DNA of 64,000 nucleotides from Entomortierella parvispora E1425 (lineage: Eukaryota; Fungi; Mortierellomycota). The position numbers were made by a program, and so were the translations under genes. Below the pieces are notes generated by a model. That model did not search any database and was not told the DNA's origin. It saw only the letters and a program-made list of their open reading frames with translations. The stretch is from positions 1,488,001-1,552,000 of the forward strand of contig BQFW01000003.1 of the NCBI GenBank assembly GCA_020891255.1, read 5' to 3'. This document shows, in pieces, positions 44,375 to 58,851 of this stretch (its first letter is position 1; every line of letters begins with the position of its first letter).

Positions 44375-46681
44375 ATGGCACACAACTTGTCCGCCGCTGA
44401 ACTTGGTCGCGGCAACGCACCAAGCCCGAGGCACTCGATCGACGGCACCCAGGAGTCCTCGCCCTTGCTCGGAAGAACTAACCCCGCAGGCACTCCTGCC
44501 GCCAACAAAAGACTCGGCGCAAGTGCAGGCAGCAGCAACAACCACACCAACACACCCACCAAGCGATCTCTGTCGGAACATGCCCGCAAGAAGATCATCA
44601 TCACTCTTACTTCCATATCGGGAGTCCTGCTCGTGGTTCTGGCCGTCACCTTGGTCTCTAAGCTGGGTGCTCCTCCAGGTACGCCATACTTTGAAGGACT
44701 AGCAGCAAACCCCTCACTACTGCTAACCGACAGAGATCCTTCTTCATTTCAGTCATAGAAAAGAATACGCCCACGTTGATCAAGGCAAAGTATGGCGCGG
44801 TCGCAGCAGAAGAAATCCACTGCTCCGAAATCGGCGTCGAAGGTAACAGACGTAACAGACGGTGCAGGAGGTTGTGCTCGCGTTGGAGCGCAACTCATCA
44901 GTCATCCCTCCCCCCCTGAAATTCATCGTGCGTTAATTGCCGCAGGTCCTCAACCCCCCCGAATCTTTTTCTTTCTTTTCTTTGCCTTCTCTGTTTAGTG
45001 CTAAAGGAGGGCGGGAACGCTGTGGATGCCGCTATTGCATCCTGCCTTTGCGTCGGCACCGTCAACTCTTTCTCTGCCGGCATTGGCGGCGGAGGCTTTA
45101 TGGTCATCCGACTCCCCAATGGAACTGTAGAGACGATCGACTTTCGGGAGGCGGCCCCTGCGGCCTCTACCCCAACAATGTTCAAAAAGGATCCAATCCT
45201 CGCTCAAACTGGAGGGCTGGCGGTAGCAGTCCCGGGCGAGATTCGAGGATTGGAATTGGCCCACAAGCGACATGGCAAGTTGCCCTGGGAAAGACTCTTT
45301 GCCCCAGCAGTCAAGTTGGCACGAGAGGGATGGGCAGTTGGACCAGAGTTGGCGAGGCGACTACAATTGGCCAAAGTCTTGATAGAGAGTGAGCCAGAGT
45401 GGTCCCATGTCTTTGCTCAAGATGGTGTCGCCTTGAGAGAGGGCCAATGGATCAAGCGCGAGGCACTGGCTGATACACTGGAAACCATAGGAAGGAAGGG
45501 AGCAGATGCTTTCTATACGGGAAAGATTGCACAAATGATGGTGGACCATGTCCAAAAGCATGGAGGAATTCTGACGATGAAGGATATGAAAGACTACAGG
45601 GCGTTGGTCAAGGAGCCTGTTGTCGGATTCTATCAAGGAAGAAAGGTCTACACAACGACAGCGCCAACCAGCGGCCCAGCCTTGATCAGCGTCTTGAATA
45701 TTTTGGAGCGCTACAATGTGGGCAAGTCAGCAAACTCTGCCAACGTCGACACGCATCGCTTGGTCGAGGCCATGAAATGTAAGTTGAAAGCGTCAGTCTC
45801 AATTGAAAAAAAAAAAAAAAAAAAAAAAAAACGTTTACCGTTGTCCCTTGCAGCAAATTATGTGCATCCTGTACGCTTTCTGAAAATTGCATTGACGCTT
45901 GTGCATCCCTCTTCATTCCTTCGAAACAGTTGGGTTCGCACAAAGGACTGAGTTGGGTGACCCAGACTTTACCGACCTGGAAGAAACGATCCAGAACATG
46001 GTGTCCAAGGACACGGCCGCTTCCATCCGCGCTAATATCTCAGATGCCCACACCTACCCAGTAGAATACTACCATCCTCATTGGGGACCTATTGAGAACC
46101 ATGGTACGACCCATCTCTCTACTGTGGACAAAGATGACATGTCTGTCGCTCTGACATCGACCGTGAACTTGCTCTTTGGATCCAAGCTCCTTGATCCCCA
46201 ATCGGGAGTGATCCTGAATGACGAGATGGACGATTTCTCGATCCCTGGACGTGCGAACGCGTTCGGACTGCTGCCCTCGCCCTTCAACTATCCCGAGCCA
46301 GGCAAACGACCGTTGTCGTCGTGTGTACCCACCATTGTAGAGAGTGATGGTCGATTTGAGATGTCCTTGGGGGGCAGTGGTGGCTCGAGGATCTTGACGG
46401 CAGTGCTGCAGACGATGCTGAGTGTTTACAACTACGACCTGGATGTGATGGAGGCGATTGAGCGCCCAAGGATCCACCACCAGTTGATGCCCAACGTGGT
46501 TGACATTGAGATTGGGTACCCGCAGACGGAGATTGAGTATCTGCGACGGGCGGGCCACAATGTCACGCTGTTTGACCGGGCCCTAGCAAAGGCGGAGATC
46601 CAGGTGGTGATGAGGCAGCAAGATGGACTCGTATATGGCTCAAGCGATACACGCAAGCACGGCGTTGCAGCAGGGTACTAA
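44375..46681 (+). CDS. Gamma-glutamyltransferase (Ecm38/Cis2-like), type II membrane anchor, multi-exon
   Basis: TM KKIIITLTSISGVLLVVLAVTLV; GGNAVDAAIA..LCVG..NSFSAGIGGGGFM; IDFREAAP; catalytic HGTTHLS; LNDEMDDFSIPG; PGKRPLSS; GGSGGSRI. Confidence 0.95.
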
Positions 46682-47343
46682 AGGGTTGTTTGTTGTTCTT
46701 TGTATCTAAATCGTAGATGTAATGGGGTGATGTGAAAATAAAAATAAAAGAATCTTGGGGAAACAAGAGGAAAAAAAAAAAAAAAAGAGAAAAAAAACAC
46801 GAGCGGTGATGATCTGCACACTGTCTGCATGCACAAACAAATTTGCCTCAGACAAACAAACACAACAAAATTTACGGTTCCAAGGTTGAAGCACCACCTG
46901 GCCACGCACATGGACACGGCGTGGGGGCACACCGTCAGAGGACAGCAGCGACGACGATGACTGTGTCTGTGTGGGATGACACTCAAAGAGAGAGAGGGAG
47001 AGAGAGAGAGAGAAAGAGAGAGAGAGACACACTGTCAAGACTAGCTGTTGGCTGTGGATAGTGAACAAGAAGATGGAGGTAGTGAACACTGTGGATGGTA
47101 TCTCTCGAAAGGAGGAAACAACGAATGGAGCGCATTGCTGCCCCAAAAGGCATCCACCCGAACCCAGGGGATGGATCATGTCTCTTTTATTTTTTTATTT
47201 CTTCTTTTACTTTCCAATCTCTTGTCACTCCCTCTTCCCCTCCGTCATTCCATCTGCCCAACCACATTGACAACTTCATCGACCCTACTACGACTGCGAC
47301 TTGTACTTCTCCCCACACAGGAATCCCTCCCTCTTCGCTCTGC

Positions 47344-50306
47344 ATGGACAAGCCCATTAGCGGCGACAAGTATGTCCGCACGCTCTCGCACTACCTCCGC
47401 TCGAACCAACGAAGGCTTTTGCCGCCAACCCCTCTCCCGCCACTCTCCACCCCGCAGACCGCTTCCTCGGCCGCAGCTGCCAATGCGCGCACCTTTGTAA
47501 CTCCTGGCGACCCCATGGCTGCCGCCTATGCTGGCATGGTCGAATCTCTCTGGAGTGTCACCGCCGCCGTCGTCAGCTCCATCACCCCGACTTTGCTCAA
47601 CCCCGCCGCGGCAGAAGACCCTGTCCAGGCCCGCGAACGTGAGCTCTATGCTGGTGCATGGGACGGTACGGGCGCGGTGTTGCCAGAGGCCAGTCCTATT
47701 GAACGACCACAGCCCCAGAACATGATGCGCTCACCCACTTTGCCCCTCGATTTGTATTACCTTCTGTACCTGCTGGAGCGCTTTGAACAGGATGGCATCG
47801 ACCTTGAGGGCTGGGCTGGCACGACATCAAGAACCGTGGGAGACTCGAATCCGCGGGTGCTCGTCGACAGTGCCGAAGCCGCGAACGGATACTCATCCAT
47901 CCCTCCGCCAGCCAACGGGGCGCCTTCCAACAGGCCACAGTCTATCCGTTCGTTCTCGTCCACGGCTCTGTCCACTCTGACTCTGATCACAGGCTGGAAG
48001 CAGTGGTCCAATGCTGCGTCCTCCACCACCAGCAACTTTACTATCGCTGATGATGTGCACTTTATCTACGAGTTCATGAAGCAGGTTCCCAGTCTGCGAC
48101 TCGTGGCCAAGATACCTCCCGGAGACCATGTGCAGGGTCGAGGAAGGATCGAAGGTTACAATGCAGATGCCATCTTGACGCTCTTTAACCATGGGCTCCC
48201 TGTTGCCGCAGAGGACGAATCTGCCAAACCATCATTGCTCTTGTTGCCCTTGCCAGCTGCCTTCCCGGCATTGACACACCTGGAGCTTCACAAGATCCCA
48301 CCAGATTGTATTGAGGGTTGGGAAACACTCATGCTTCAGCTTCAGTCTCTGGTCGTTATTCAGGGCAAGATTGACGATGTCCATGACATTATCGTCACCG
48401 CAGTATTAAACAGCGAGCGGAGGCGCCGTCTCAAACTAGCAAAAGAGCTTGACCGTGCCGTGCAGATTAAGCAGGAGCAGCAGGAGGCACTTCGGGACGC
48501 GTCCTCGACCACCTTGCAACAAGAGACCGCCAGTGGAGATACACAAGAGAGGGCCAACAAAGCAGATCAGGAGGAGGAGGAAGACGACGCTCGGATCCTT
48601 GCATCTCTCCAGATGTGGCCGGTCTTGACCAACCTTTCCCTGTCGGACAACTCATTCCCAACTCTGGCTCACAGCGATACCTTTTCCTACACGCAGTCCA
48701 TCACGAGTCTGGATCTTTCGCACAATCTGCTATTATCCCCACCGTCAGGTCTTATACACCTCCATAACATGAGGCAACTGAACCTTTCCTACAACATGAT
48801 TGCAGGCGTGCAGACCATCTATCAAATCTTGGGCAACATTACGTCTTTGGATCTCAGAAGCAATCGACTGGAGAGCCTGTCAGGGCTGGAGCGGCTATGG
48901 AATCTGGAAAAAGTAGATGTCCGTGAGAATCACTTGGATGACGCGTCTGAGGTGGGCCGCCTGGCAGCCCTTCCTGGCATTCGCGAAGTTTGGTCGGACC
49001 GCAATCCTTTCTGCTTTATACAGGTAACTTGTTCGAATATCATGGAAGTTATCGTACTATTCTCTTACTCATCAACCTCTTATTGCTTTCAAACCAATGT
49101 TAGCCAAAGTATAGGATCGAGATCTTGACAGTTTTTAAGGCTAATGGTCACAATCTGCTCTTGGATGGAACTTTCGCCTCCTTCACCGAGAAACGCGCGT
49201 TGGCAAACATGAGCCCAACAGCCTTCGCCGCCTCAATGGCCAACGTTGCAAATATACCCGCAGCCTCTGCACCCGTTGCTACGTTTGCCAAGGATCTGTC
49301 GCCTCATCTTCATATTCACCGTCCTCAGCCTCTCCGACCTCAGCATGAGCATAATCGTTCTCAATCCTCGGCAGAGGACGCAGTTCTGGCCGCCACAGTT
49401 AAATCAGCGCCAGGAAGCAATGCACAATCGCCTGTCAACAAACTTGTCAAGAGAAAACTCATGAAGTCGACCAAGAGCTCAAAGCGAGTTGTGCATTTGG
49501 ACGATGGCGACAACTATGACAGAGGAATGGAGGATAACACTGATGCAGGTGTTAAAGGACTGGAATATTTGATGAGTGAGGACGAAGAGCTGGCAGGACC
49601 TACAGTCAAGTTCTCGTCCGACATTTTGGGCTCTCCAGCGGCGATCGTCAAAAAGAAGAAGAAAAAGTCTCCCAAGGCTACTGCTTCCACCACGGATGCT
49701 GCACCAGCTGCTGACACTGCTACAGTAGCAACTGCCGCCGCTGAACACAATGGTACAACATTGATTGGTGGAAATGGAAAAGCGCTCGTTGAAGGGCAGG
49801 AGCAAGTCTTGGTGAAGGAAAAGGTGAAACGTAGGGTGCCCAAGAAGAAGAATTCTCTTCCACCGAACGTGTCGTTTGCTACCGAGTCTAGCAATGGACA
49901 AGACGACGATCCTTCTATCGATCATTCTCTCTGCAAGGATAACCACCATGTGCACCGACTGGCGCAACTAGAGCAATCAATGGCGACAATTCAGTTGGAG
50001 CGAGCAACCTCCCCCGTTCTTGGAGCATCTAGTCATCAACGACACCCGTCACGAGGAATATTGAAGCGAGCTGGAACTATGGCTCCTGATTATGGAAGAG
50101 CAGGAGCAATCTCACCTACTCCTCAGCGACCTTCGTCCCCGATCGGGTCCTTTTCTTCGGACGATGGTGGGGCTGATGGTTACAGACGGCGGATCCAGGC
50201 CATGCGAAACGAGGCGGGGCACAATTGGCTGATGGTGCTAGCCGAGATGAATGCAGATACAAAACCAGATCAGGACAAGTCCACAGATTTCCCTGTTCAG
50301 AGATGA
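47344..50306 (+). CDS. Fungal leucine-rich-repeat protein (Nischarin/STK11IP-like LRR region), 2 exons
   Basis: MDKPISGDKYVRTLSHYLRSNQRRL; LDLSHNLL, LNLSYNMI, LDLRSNRL, VDVRENHL; intron 49024-49103. Confidence 0.85.
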
Positions 50307-50983
50307 ACAGAGCGCACAACCGTGAAAAATCGCATAATAAACATAATTCTTGAGAGGAAGAAAGAGAGAAGGGAAAGAGCGCGCGCGCTTTCGACGCGGA
50401 GTCGGAAATATATCTCTTGGCCCTTCATTTCACGCGTTTCAATGCATCCCTGCATTCAGGTCATGGGTGACCGACCATTGCATTCGCCACTTCCTGTGAC
50501 CATGCCCCGACCATCCTCTTCATACTGTGGTTTAAAGTCTTGTCTTCGCATTCCCAAACAGCAAGGGTAGCGCAGACTGGATTATACCAGCCAAACGCTC
50601 TTTCAGAGTGTGTAAATGCCTTAACATGATTGTCGGGCATTCCCGCAATACATGGACTGACAAAGAGTCCAAGGATCAGGTCAGTCATAGTTGAGTACGA
50701 GTTCTCTTGGGACTATCAAGGACCGAGTTTGAGGAAGGATGGTACCCATCAGGTCATCACTCCCTCGACACAAACAGATGGATATCACAGTCGGTGCATG
50801 TAATGGGACTGACTATTGTTTGAAAGGCCAGATAGAGTGATTGATTTTTTCTAGTTGTCCCACTTTCATTGTTTCTCTGTCCTCATTGTTTCCTCCTTCT
50901 ATTATTTTTCCTTTTTCCTCTCCGGAGGCCGATATAATCTTCATCACCACCTATCCCCCCACCTACCTTTCGCACTCCTGGCC

Positions 50984-53900
50984 ATGGTTGCGTCAAGCAT
51001 CGCAGTGAACACGTCTTTCCGAAAACCTTCAGGAACCTTCATCAGCCGGAACAGCACTCACAAGGGTAGACCGGGTCCGGGTTCTCCAAAGCCAGTGCGA
51101 CTCGCCAGCACCAAGCCGCCATCAACTCTGCAGCATTGTAAGCAGCCCGTCTTTCTTTTTCTACTTTGGGATCAACCCTTTTGTTTGGAGTGACGGTGGA
51201 CTAATAGGCTGCATTGCACTCTTGCTGGTTTTAGCCGTCGAGTCCTTCATCAAAGAGGACAATGACCTTGCATTAACGCGGCTGCTCATAGGCACTTGCA
51301 GCTCTATGAGGATGTTCAGACAGGAGGAAGCTCTGCGCAACAGTTCCCGGATCCAAAGAGTCGTCGCCAATGCACTGAGATCACATCCGGACCCGGCCCT
51401 GTTCATTGTCAGGATGCTTGTTGATATTGGGACTCTAGCATACACCCGCAGGCTGGAGATCGAGTTCGAAAGAGCCATGTCAAAGCTTATCGTGGATGCC
51501 TTTGGCTTGTTTGAGGAAGAACAGACAGCTGTAATGGCGCAGGGCAGGGCAACTGATGGCAATACTCAACTAAAGTGCAAACAGGCCTCGACTGACATGG
51601 AGAGACAGGGCACTCTTCAAGTCAATCTCATCGACTTGGCAAGCACGGACGAATCCGAGGACGCCGTTGTCGAAGGCGCTGAAGAGAGCGGCATCAAAAC
51701 CGGCAATCGTCAGGCTACATCTAGTCGACCTCTCAATCTTCTAGACGACGACGACGGTTCAGTGGCGCTGGACTTGACGCCCTTGCAGCCTTGCGTGTCA
51801 AACTCAATGACTCATGCTGCTCTCGACAATGGGCACACCCTGATGCCATCAAAAGCTTTGCTGACCACCACCTCGCGGACAACTCGTACGCAACCTCTCG
51901 CATCACCTACCGTCAATACCTACGACTTTCATTCTCAATATCTGAAAAGCGAGGATGGACAAGCTACCCAGGTGCGCTCTTCATCCCGAACCATATCCCG
52001 CTTCGTCCAATATCGACATCAAAAGCTTCTCTTGGACGAGATCGAATCTAGAAAGAATTTGATTCCTGTCTATGTCGCCATGCAAGCGTTCGGTCTGGAG
52101 GCTTACCTGTCAGACATCATCCCAAAGAGGCAATCTGGCCATCCCGCTCTCAGCTATGGAGAGTCCTTGGTATTGCAACTATCGAAACTCGACTTGTGGG
52201 AAGACGCCAACTCTCTTCTGTCAAGTCTTCCCCAGCCGAACGATATTACACTTAGGGAGGAGCTTTTCTGGATGCTGATTATCAAGAAGAGGCTTGGAGC
52301 CCTCCATGATTTCGTATCGGAGGACATGGCAATGTGTGAAATGGCTCTGGATTTTGTGGAGGCTACTCTTAAGGAACGGGCGCCAACATACAGTGGATGT
52401 AAGAGGCAGCAGGCTTCTCCCAAGATTGATATCGAGACGGAAGACTTTGGCTGCTGGGGTGATATCACGAATTGGATGGTCCCTGAAACGGAGGATGCTC
52501 ATTTCAGCACAGGCTCTGAAGTTGCTGGACGTACCAGGACTTGTGAAACGGCCTATTTAGTGGAGGTTGCGCTCAGTCTGATGATGCGCCTGGATGTCGA
52601 GGATCAAACAGATCGTTGGCCTTGGCTACGGTTCTTCATTCGGTACTGCCACGCCATTACGCTATTGGAGACACCGTGCGACGGAACTGTTCCTGGACAA
52701 AGATCCGACAAGCCGTCCAGCAAGGAGAGGTGTGTGCTGAAGAATACCTGGTCAAGGCTCTCGATCGCGATGGACGTTATAGGTGACGACAAGCTCCTCC
52801 AAAAAGAGATCATGGTATATTTTGCCCGCGACAAAAACGACTGGATGACGGCTGGCTATCTGGCATCCAAGTACAATCTCCAAAAAACACTTCAGGCATT
52901 CAAGGAGGAGCGGGATCAAGCTGCTGAAAGAGCTGTACCTCCAGCTACATTGAGGAGCGGTAGCCACAGCGATAAATCCTCAGACATCCTTTCTTCAACC
53001 GAGGACGCTTGCGGAGACGAGAGTCCTTTTGATGTTCTGATCAACATCACTTCGTTTTCGAGCTCAGCTCCGATGCAAGAGCATGGAAACAATCAATCCC
53101 AAACGAACAATTTCAAAGAGGTCAGAGTGCTGTTGAGATGTTGTCGAACAATCGCATTCATTTTTGCCAACTAACATAATACCCATTTTGTCTGTATTAG
53201 ATGCCAGTACCGCCGCCACCACCAAGCCAATCTCGGACTAAGATGCAGGACCAAATATTACCAAAACAGAATCTGGAGATGACACCACGGATGAACTTGC
53301 CAGCAGAGAATGATTCAATGGTAGGCATTTTTCCTTTCCAACAAAATACGGTTTGCCTTCTTGTGCTGTGTCTCTTCGGATACTCATTTTTTTTTTTTTT
53401 TTTTGCTCGTAGCAGCAGGAGTCCACTCCATCTAGCGGTACCACCGTGAGTTCATGGGAAGCACAACGGCTTGAGCACTCTGGAGAATTACAACAGTATT
53501 TTCTATGTACCAGTAAGCCTGTGTTGTCCCGTGAGAAGCAGGCATATCCTTCTACTTCGTTCTACACACTCCCAACAAAATCCAGGGTCGTCTATGTGAA
53601 CCGCCAGTCTCAGCTGATCACTCTCAAAAGGTCGCTTCATCGGTCGTACATTGTTGGAATGGACTCTGAGTGGCTGTCAAGGGACAGAATGAGTGGTAGA
53701 ACCGCGATTCTCAAACTGGCGTGCGACTTTGAAGACACTATATATTTGATCGATTGTCTCCCCTGTACCGACATTCGGTCCAGTGATCTTGCGGTTCTCT
53801 TAGTCAACTTTTTTGTTGACCCTTCTGTCCGCAAGATTGGTAAGCCTTAGATGTTGCAGGAAAAATGAATTAATGATTTTTTTTTCATATACACGTGTGG

Positions 53901-54450
53901 ATACAAAACTCACAATTTCTCTCTCTGTTTACCTTTTAACATTAGCCTATGACTGGGATCAGGGGAGGAAGAGACTTGAGGAAACATTTCCTCTACTCCA
54001 GCAAAAGTGGAGTCAGCTCTGCAACCTTTTGGATCTTCGGTATGTGTGGTACCGCCCAAGCAGCACGTCTATCAAGTCAAATGTCGTCGATCTCGACAAG
54101 GATCAGGCATTGGAGCCACTTGTCACTGTTGGCCAGTGGTCGACCATCCCAAACATGCCAGACATGGAAAAAACCTGTCATGGTGGCCTATCAGGCATGC
54201 TGCGCAAGTTTTTCAAGCGAAAGCTGAACAGCAAACTCAAAAACTCGAACTGGGAACTTCGACCTGTGCGCCCGGAGCAGCGCCTCTACGCAGGTAAGAA
54301 GTCTAATCTCCAAAGATAAGAGTATAAGGTGCTATGGAACGTGATGGCTCTGACTTTTCTCATGTCTCGTTGAACGTCTTCATAGCTGCATCAGCAAGAT
54401 GTCTCTTGGATCTCTATTCCGTTTTCGACAGGTCTGAAAGGATCGAATGA
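50984..54450 (+). CDS. mut-7/EXD3-like 3'-5' exonuclease (DnaQ/WRN-like), multi-exon, degenerate active site
   Basis: IVGMDSEW; AILKLA...IYLIDCL; LSGMLRKFFKRKLN..LKNSNWELRPVRPEQRLYA|AASARCLL. Spliced exons are in phase. Confidence 0.75.
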
Positions 54451-54663
54451 GATATTCCATTGAGGACGCACATCCGACTCCCAACAAATAGCTTAGTATA
54501 CACCATAGTCAATCCATAGTTTCAAAGTCAGCGTTGACAATGTATTGTCCCCTTTCATTCAGCCGCATAGTATTTATGTTCTTTTTTTTTTATTTGTTTT
54601 TGTTTGTTTTTGTCAATCGACAAATCAGAACAACACTTGCTGATTCGATTGGTGTGTTATACT

Positions 54664-57179
54664 TCAACCCTCCACAGAGGTCGAGTTAGCCTTGTGCTTA
54701 GGATCGAAGCGGAAGGCCTCAGGAGCAGGCCCCAAGATCATGTTGCTGAGTTTGATCCAGTCGGACACGTCAGGAGACGACATCAAGGTCTCGAGATCGT
54801 TACGACCCACAAAGGCAGGAGGGCGATCGTTGATCTTTTGAGGGACGACCTCCAAGAGACCGACGGGAACATAACGATGCAAGAAACTCTGCCACTCCAA
54901 CAGGAATCGACGGGTCTGGTTCACGCCCTGGGTATCCGATCCCCAATGCTCCAATCCGAAATCGCAAAACTGTTTCATCATATCGAATCGCTCTCCCGAA
55001 GAGATATCCCAATCCCGGTTCGACTTGATTTCCTCAAAAATCCAGGGCTTGACCAATGCACCGCGGGCAATCATGCATCCATCCACCTTGTGCTCATTGA
55101 GATGAGTGTAGTAATCCGAGGGGCCCAAGATATCTCCGTTTCCAAAGAGGGGCATGTAGTCGTCCGTGCCAGGCACGCCTCTGTTTGTCAACGCGCACTC
55201 CTTGATGTAATCCCAGTTGGCCAATTTTGTGTAGCGCTGTTGGCGGGAACGTCCATGAAGAGTACCAAGAGCAGCTCCAACGTCGTGGAACATGGGTGTC
55301 CAAGTGGTGGCAATGGGCTTCTTGTCCAAAACACCCATGCGGTACTTGACGGTCACGGGCACATCCAAAACTGACTTCATACCAGCAATGATTCTCTTCA
55401 CCTTGCCTCCAGAGTTCATCAATCCACTTCCAGATCCCTATTGTAGAATGATAAAAAAATGGTGAGAAACTATTCCCGAGTCATTTTTTTCCATTTGCCA
55501 TCGCTGAATATCTGGTTGTCCATATCAAACTTACAGCGTTGTACACGAGATCGATGGGGCAGCCCATGTTCAGATCCACAAAGTCCACATTCACAGTCTG
55601 GTTAATGACATCGCAAGCCCTGATCACGACATCGACCTTGTTGCCTGTCAACTGAACTCCAAACAAGTCCTCGCTCTTGTGACGCTTCAAAAGGGCGACC
55701 TCGGCCTTTTGACCCTGAACCAAGTTGGCAGCCATGGCCATCTCTCCACAAGTAATGTCAACACCGTATCCTTTACAGATACGACGGAAGGGCAAGTTAC
55801 CCACGGTCGTCAAAGGCGCCAAATAAGTCTTTCCACGGAAATCAATTCTCTTCTTTTCCACCGATCGGAGGGGAACATCGGGTGTATCTGCCTGTGTGAC
55901 ATCTTCCATGACAGCAGCTGTGCTGGATGATGATGCCTTGAGAGGCTTGATATCTCTTGTGGCAAATTCCTCGGATTCATCCTGTGTAACGGCGGTTTCG
56001 CTCTCTGAAGATGCCTTGGCTGCCTCGGTCTCTGCCTTCTTTGCCTTTGATACTGGAGCACTGTCTGCGATATCCTTGGCCATGGCCTTCAAATATTCCT
56101 CTGATCTCTTGAAATCAAACTAAAGCGAGGAGCAAAAAAATGGTTACAGGTCAGCATATATGTCCGTTCCGATCAGTAGAATGTAGACAGCTCCACATTT
56201 TCAAGTACCTTGTAGCTTCTAAGTTTGATGGTCAACTCATGGGGGAACTGGTTCAACGTCTGAGGCTCAACGCGAGCCATCTTTTCTTCATCGCGGATAA
56301 GCTTTCCTTCCGCGTCCATGTGAGCGCCCAAGTATCTGCACTTGTATCCATAGTGGCACCTATGAGAGACAGAAGCCAGCAGATTAATAAAAGTGACATC
56401 ATGGGTATCTAAAAACCTCCTGTAGGATGTACTGCACATATTTCGTCCTGGTAGAAAGAACAAAAGCGTCGAAAACATACTCTCCATAAATATCAAAATT
56501 CACGCAACGGTCTCCAAGATCCTTGTCCTTATGTTCCAGATAGTATTTGATGTCGTGGTTGAACTTGCAGCTATTATATGTACGAAAGGAAAAGTAAGTT
56601 TGTCATTTTTCTCCACGCCCTGCATGATTCGACTGCATCCCTTCTGCGTTACCTGTCACCGTGCTCACACTCATTCCCTTTGGCGATCTTGAAACAAATC
56701 TCGACCGCATCCCCTACACGGCGCGTCACAACACGATCCTGGTTCTGACCACCACGCTTCTTTCTGTTGTTCTTGACATGCTTCTATCAAATCAAAAATA
56801 TATGCGTTGTGTCGACGGTGTTAGGGACCAAGTAGGTAAATGCCCCACCCACAGCAGGTGGTTTCCAGAAGCCATTTCCTCCAAGAGTCATGACAAAGGG
56901 TACCTGATCACGATCACGCTTGTTGTTCTCGTTCTTCTCTCCTTGCTGTCCCTCGTCGCCTTCGACGCGACCCTGATCGCCTGCTGATTCGATGGCCTCG
57001 CTCAAATGAGACAGGGACTCGTCTGCATGAGCGGGTTTAGGAATGAGGTACTGAGCTTTGATGGGAGTAATGCCTTTTGTCCAGCCATCAGCTGTCGTGG
57101 TCTGGGGAGTCGACACTGAGGACGAGGCAGCGGAAGCGTCCTCAGAGGGAGTGGCCACAGGGTTAATGGCGGTGTCCAT
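54664..57179 (-). CDS. DUS3: tRNA-dihydrouridine(47) synthase, multi-exon
   Basis: CCCH fingers; [17 protein letters not shown]; TCGEMAMA; [12 protein letters not shown]; [19 protein letters not shown]; [19 protein letters not shown]; WGSDTQGV. Confidence 0.97.
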
Positions 57180-57462
57180 GCTGGTTTTCTTTTGTTTGTT
57201 CCGTGAATGGTGAAGCAACAAGAAAAAGAAAAAAAAAAGAAAAAAAAATATGGGCAAATGCCCGTTCTAATGATCCGCAGTCACCTAAAATTACACCCTT
57301 AATACGGGTTGCATCCTCGCGTTTCTCTTTTCATGAAGGAAGCGCTTGACTCTTTACCTTCCAGGGCCTCCTCTTTTGTGTTAGTGAGAGATGCAGAGGT
57401 GTTGTGAATGTATGAATTATATTGTGTTTAGTGTTTATATGGATATGAGTAATGAGTCTTGT

Positions 57463-58851
57463 TTAGATCTCCTTTGTCTGGCTGCCAGCGCCAGCCATGA
57501 AGGGGCACTTGCTTCCCGCCTCAGCCGAAGCTACAATCTCGCCGTTCTCGTCCTTTCTGTTCTTGGCGAGCTGCTTCATGAGGATGTTGGCATCGTAGAA
57601 AGTCTCGAGCTACAAGGAACGTGGGAAAAGAAAATGAAAAAAAAAGTAGAAAGAAAGAGAATGGATCAATATCAGTCAACGACTCAAATTCACAAAAATG
57701 GCGCCAATGGTCCGAATGTGCATCCACAATGGCGCATCCAATGATCGACGGAAAAAGAAAAAAAAAAGTCGTTTTTGGGCTCTGAAACGGGAACCGAGGA
57801 CAAAACCGCATCCCATGCACAAAGGGGTGCTCCTTCGGAACTCCGGAGAAAAATGAGCACAAATCAAAGCTGCCTCTTTTTTTTTCCTTACCTCTTCGAT
57901 CTCAAACTTGTCGTTGACCTTGGCGACGGTGACACCGATGGACTCGACAACCTCGTTGCTGGCAGCAGCTTCCAACTTCTTGCCGTTTCCGAGCTTGACA
58001 GACAAATCGCCGGTCATCTTGCCCCAATGGCTAAAAAGAAAAGAAGGAAATATTAGGGTTCCAGTTCTGTTTCCCACTGGGTTCACATGGTGGGAGGTCG
58101 AGAAAGTAAGAAACAGATCTTTAGATCGATTCCCCGAACGTACCGCCACTTGAAGGCAACGACTGGGGGGCCAGAGTAGACCTCGAGGACCTCCCATGAG
58201 AAGGTGCTGAGGGCACGCTTGAACAACTTGTGAGAGTCTGAGAAATCAGACTCGCTGGCCTTGTACAACTCGCTATCGCCGATCAAGGCATTGTAGGTGC
58301 CAATCTTGAGCATCTCATCGACCGTGTGCCATCCAAGACCGTTGACCGAAAACCGGTACTTCTCCTGGTTGATGGTGCGGATCTGATCAGCGCGCAACTT
58401 GTATGACATCTCCTTCTCCCAGTTCTAATGATATCGAAGAAAAGAAAGAAAGAACAAAAGTTGGAATGGTCAACTGAATGAAGATGGTGTATGTGTCAAG
58501 CTGTCGACTGTTTACCTTGACGAGGTTGGAAACCAACCAGGGAAGGGAACCCTCCTCGTGGTGCATGGTCTTTTCTATAGGCGAGTAATTGCCCGGTGGA
58601 AGTAATGGTGTCGACGAGAGCATAGGAAGGTAGCGGTAGTATCGTTAGTTGGGGTCTCCTTCATTAACGGCTCAATTACATAGAGGAAGGATGATCCGAT
58701 CATTGGGAAGAATGTCAATAGAGCCATGAGACATACCTCTGTCGAAGGCAGCGTTGACCTTGTTGTAATCAGGAACGCGGCCATAACGCCACTCGTGCTC
58801 AGTATCACCGAGGACGGCGTTGGGGTTGGTCATAAAGTCGGGCAAGGACAT
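57463..58851 (-). CDS. Pathogen-related protein family (SnoaL/NTF2-like fold), multi-exon
   Basis: PDFMTNPNAVLGD...WRYGRVPDY; SLPWLVSNLVK|NWEKEMSYK; IGTYNALIG; FSWEVLEVYSGPPVVAFKWR|HWGKMTG; C-terminal CPF. Confidence 0.88.

Noticed and set aside
54604-55374. 256-aa plus-strand ORF
   Set aside because: Antisense to DUS3
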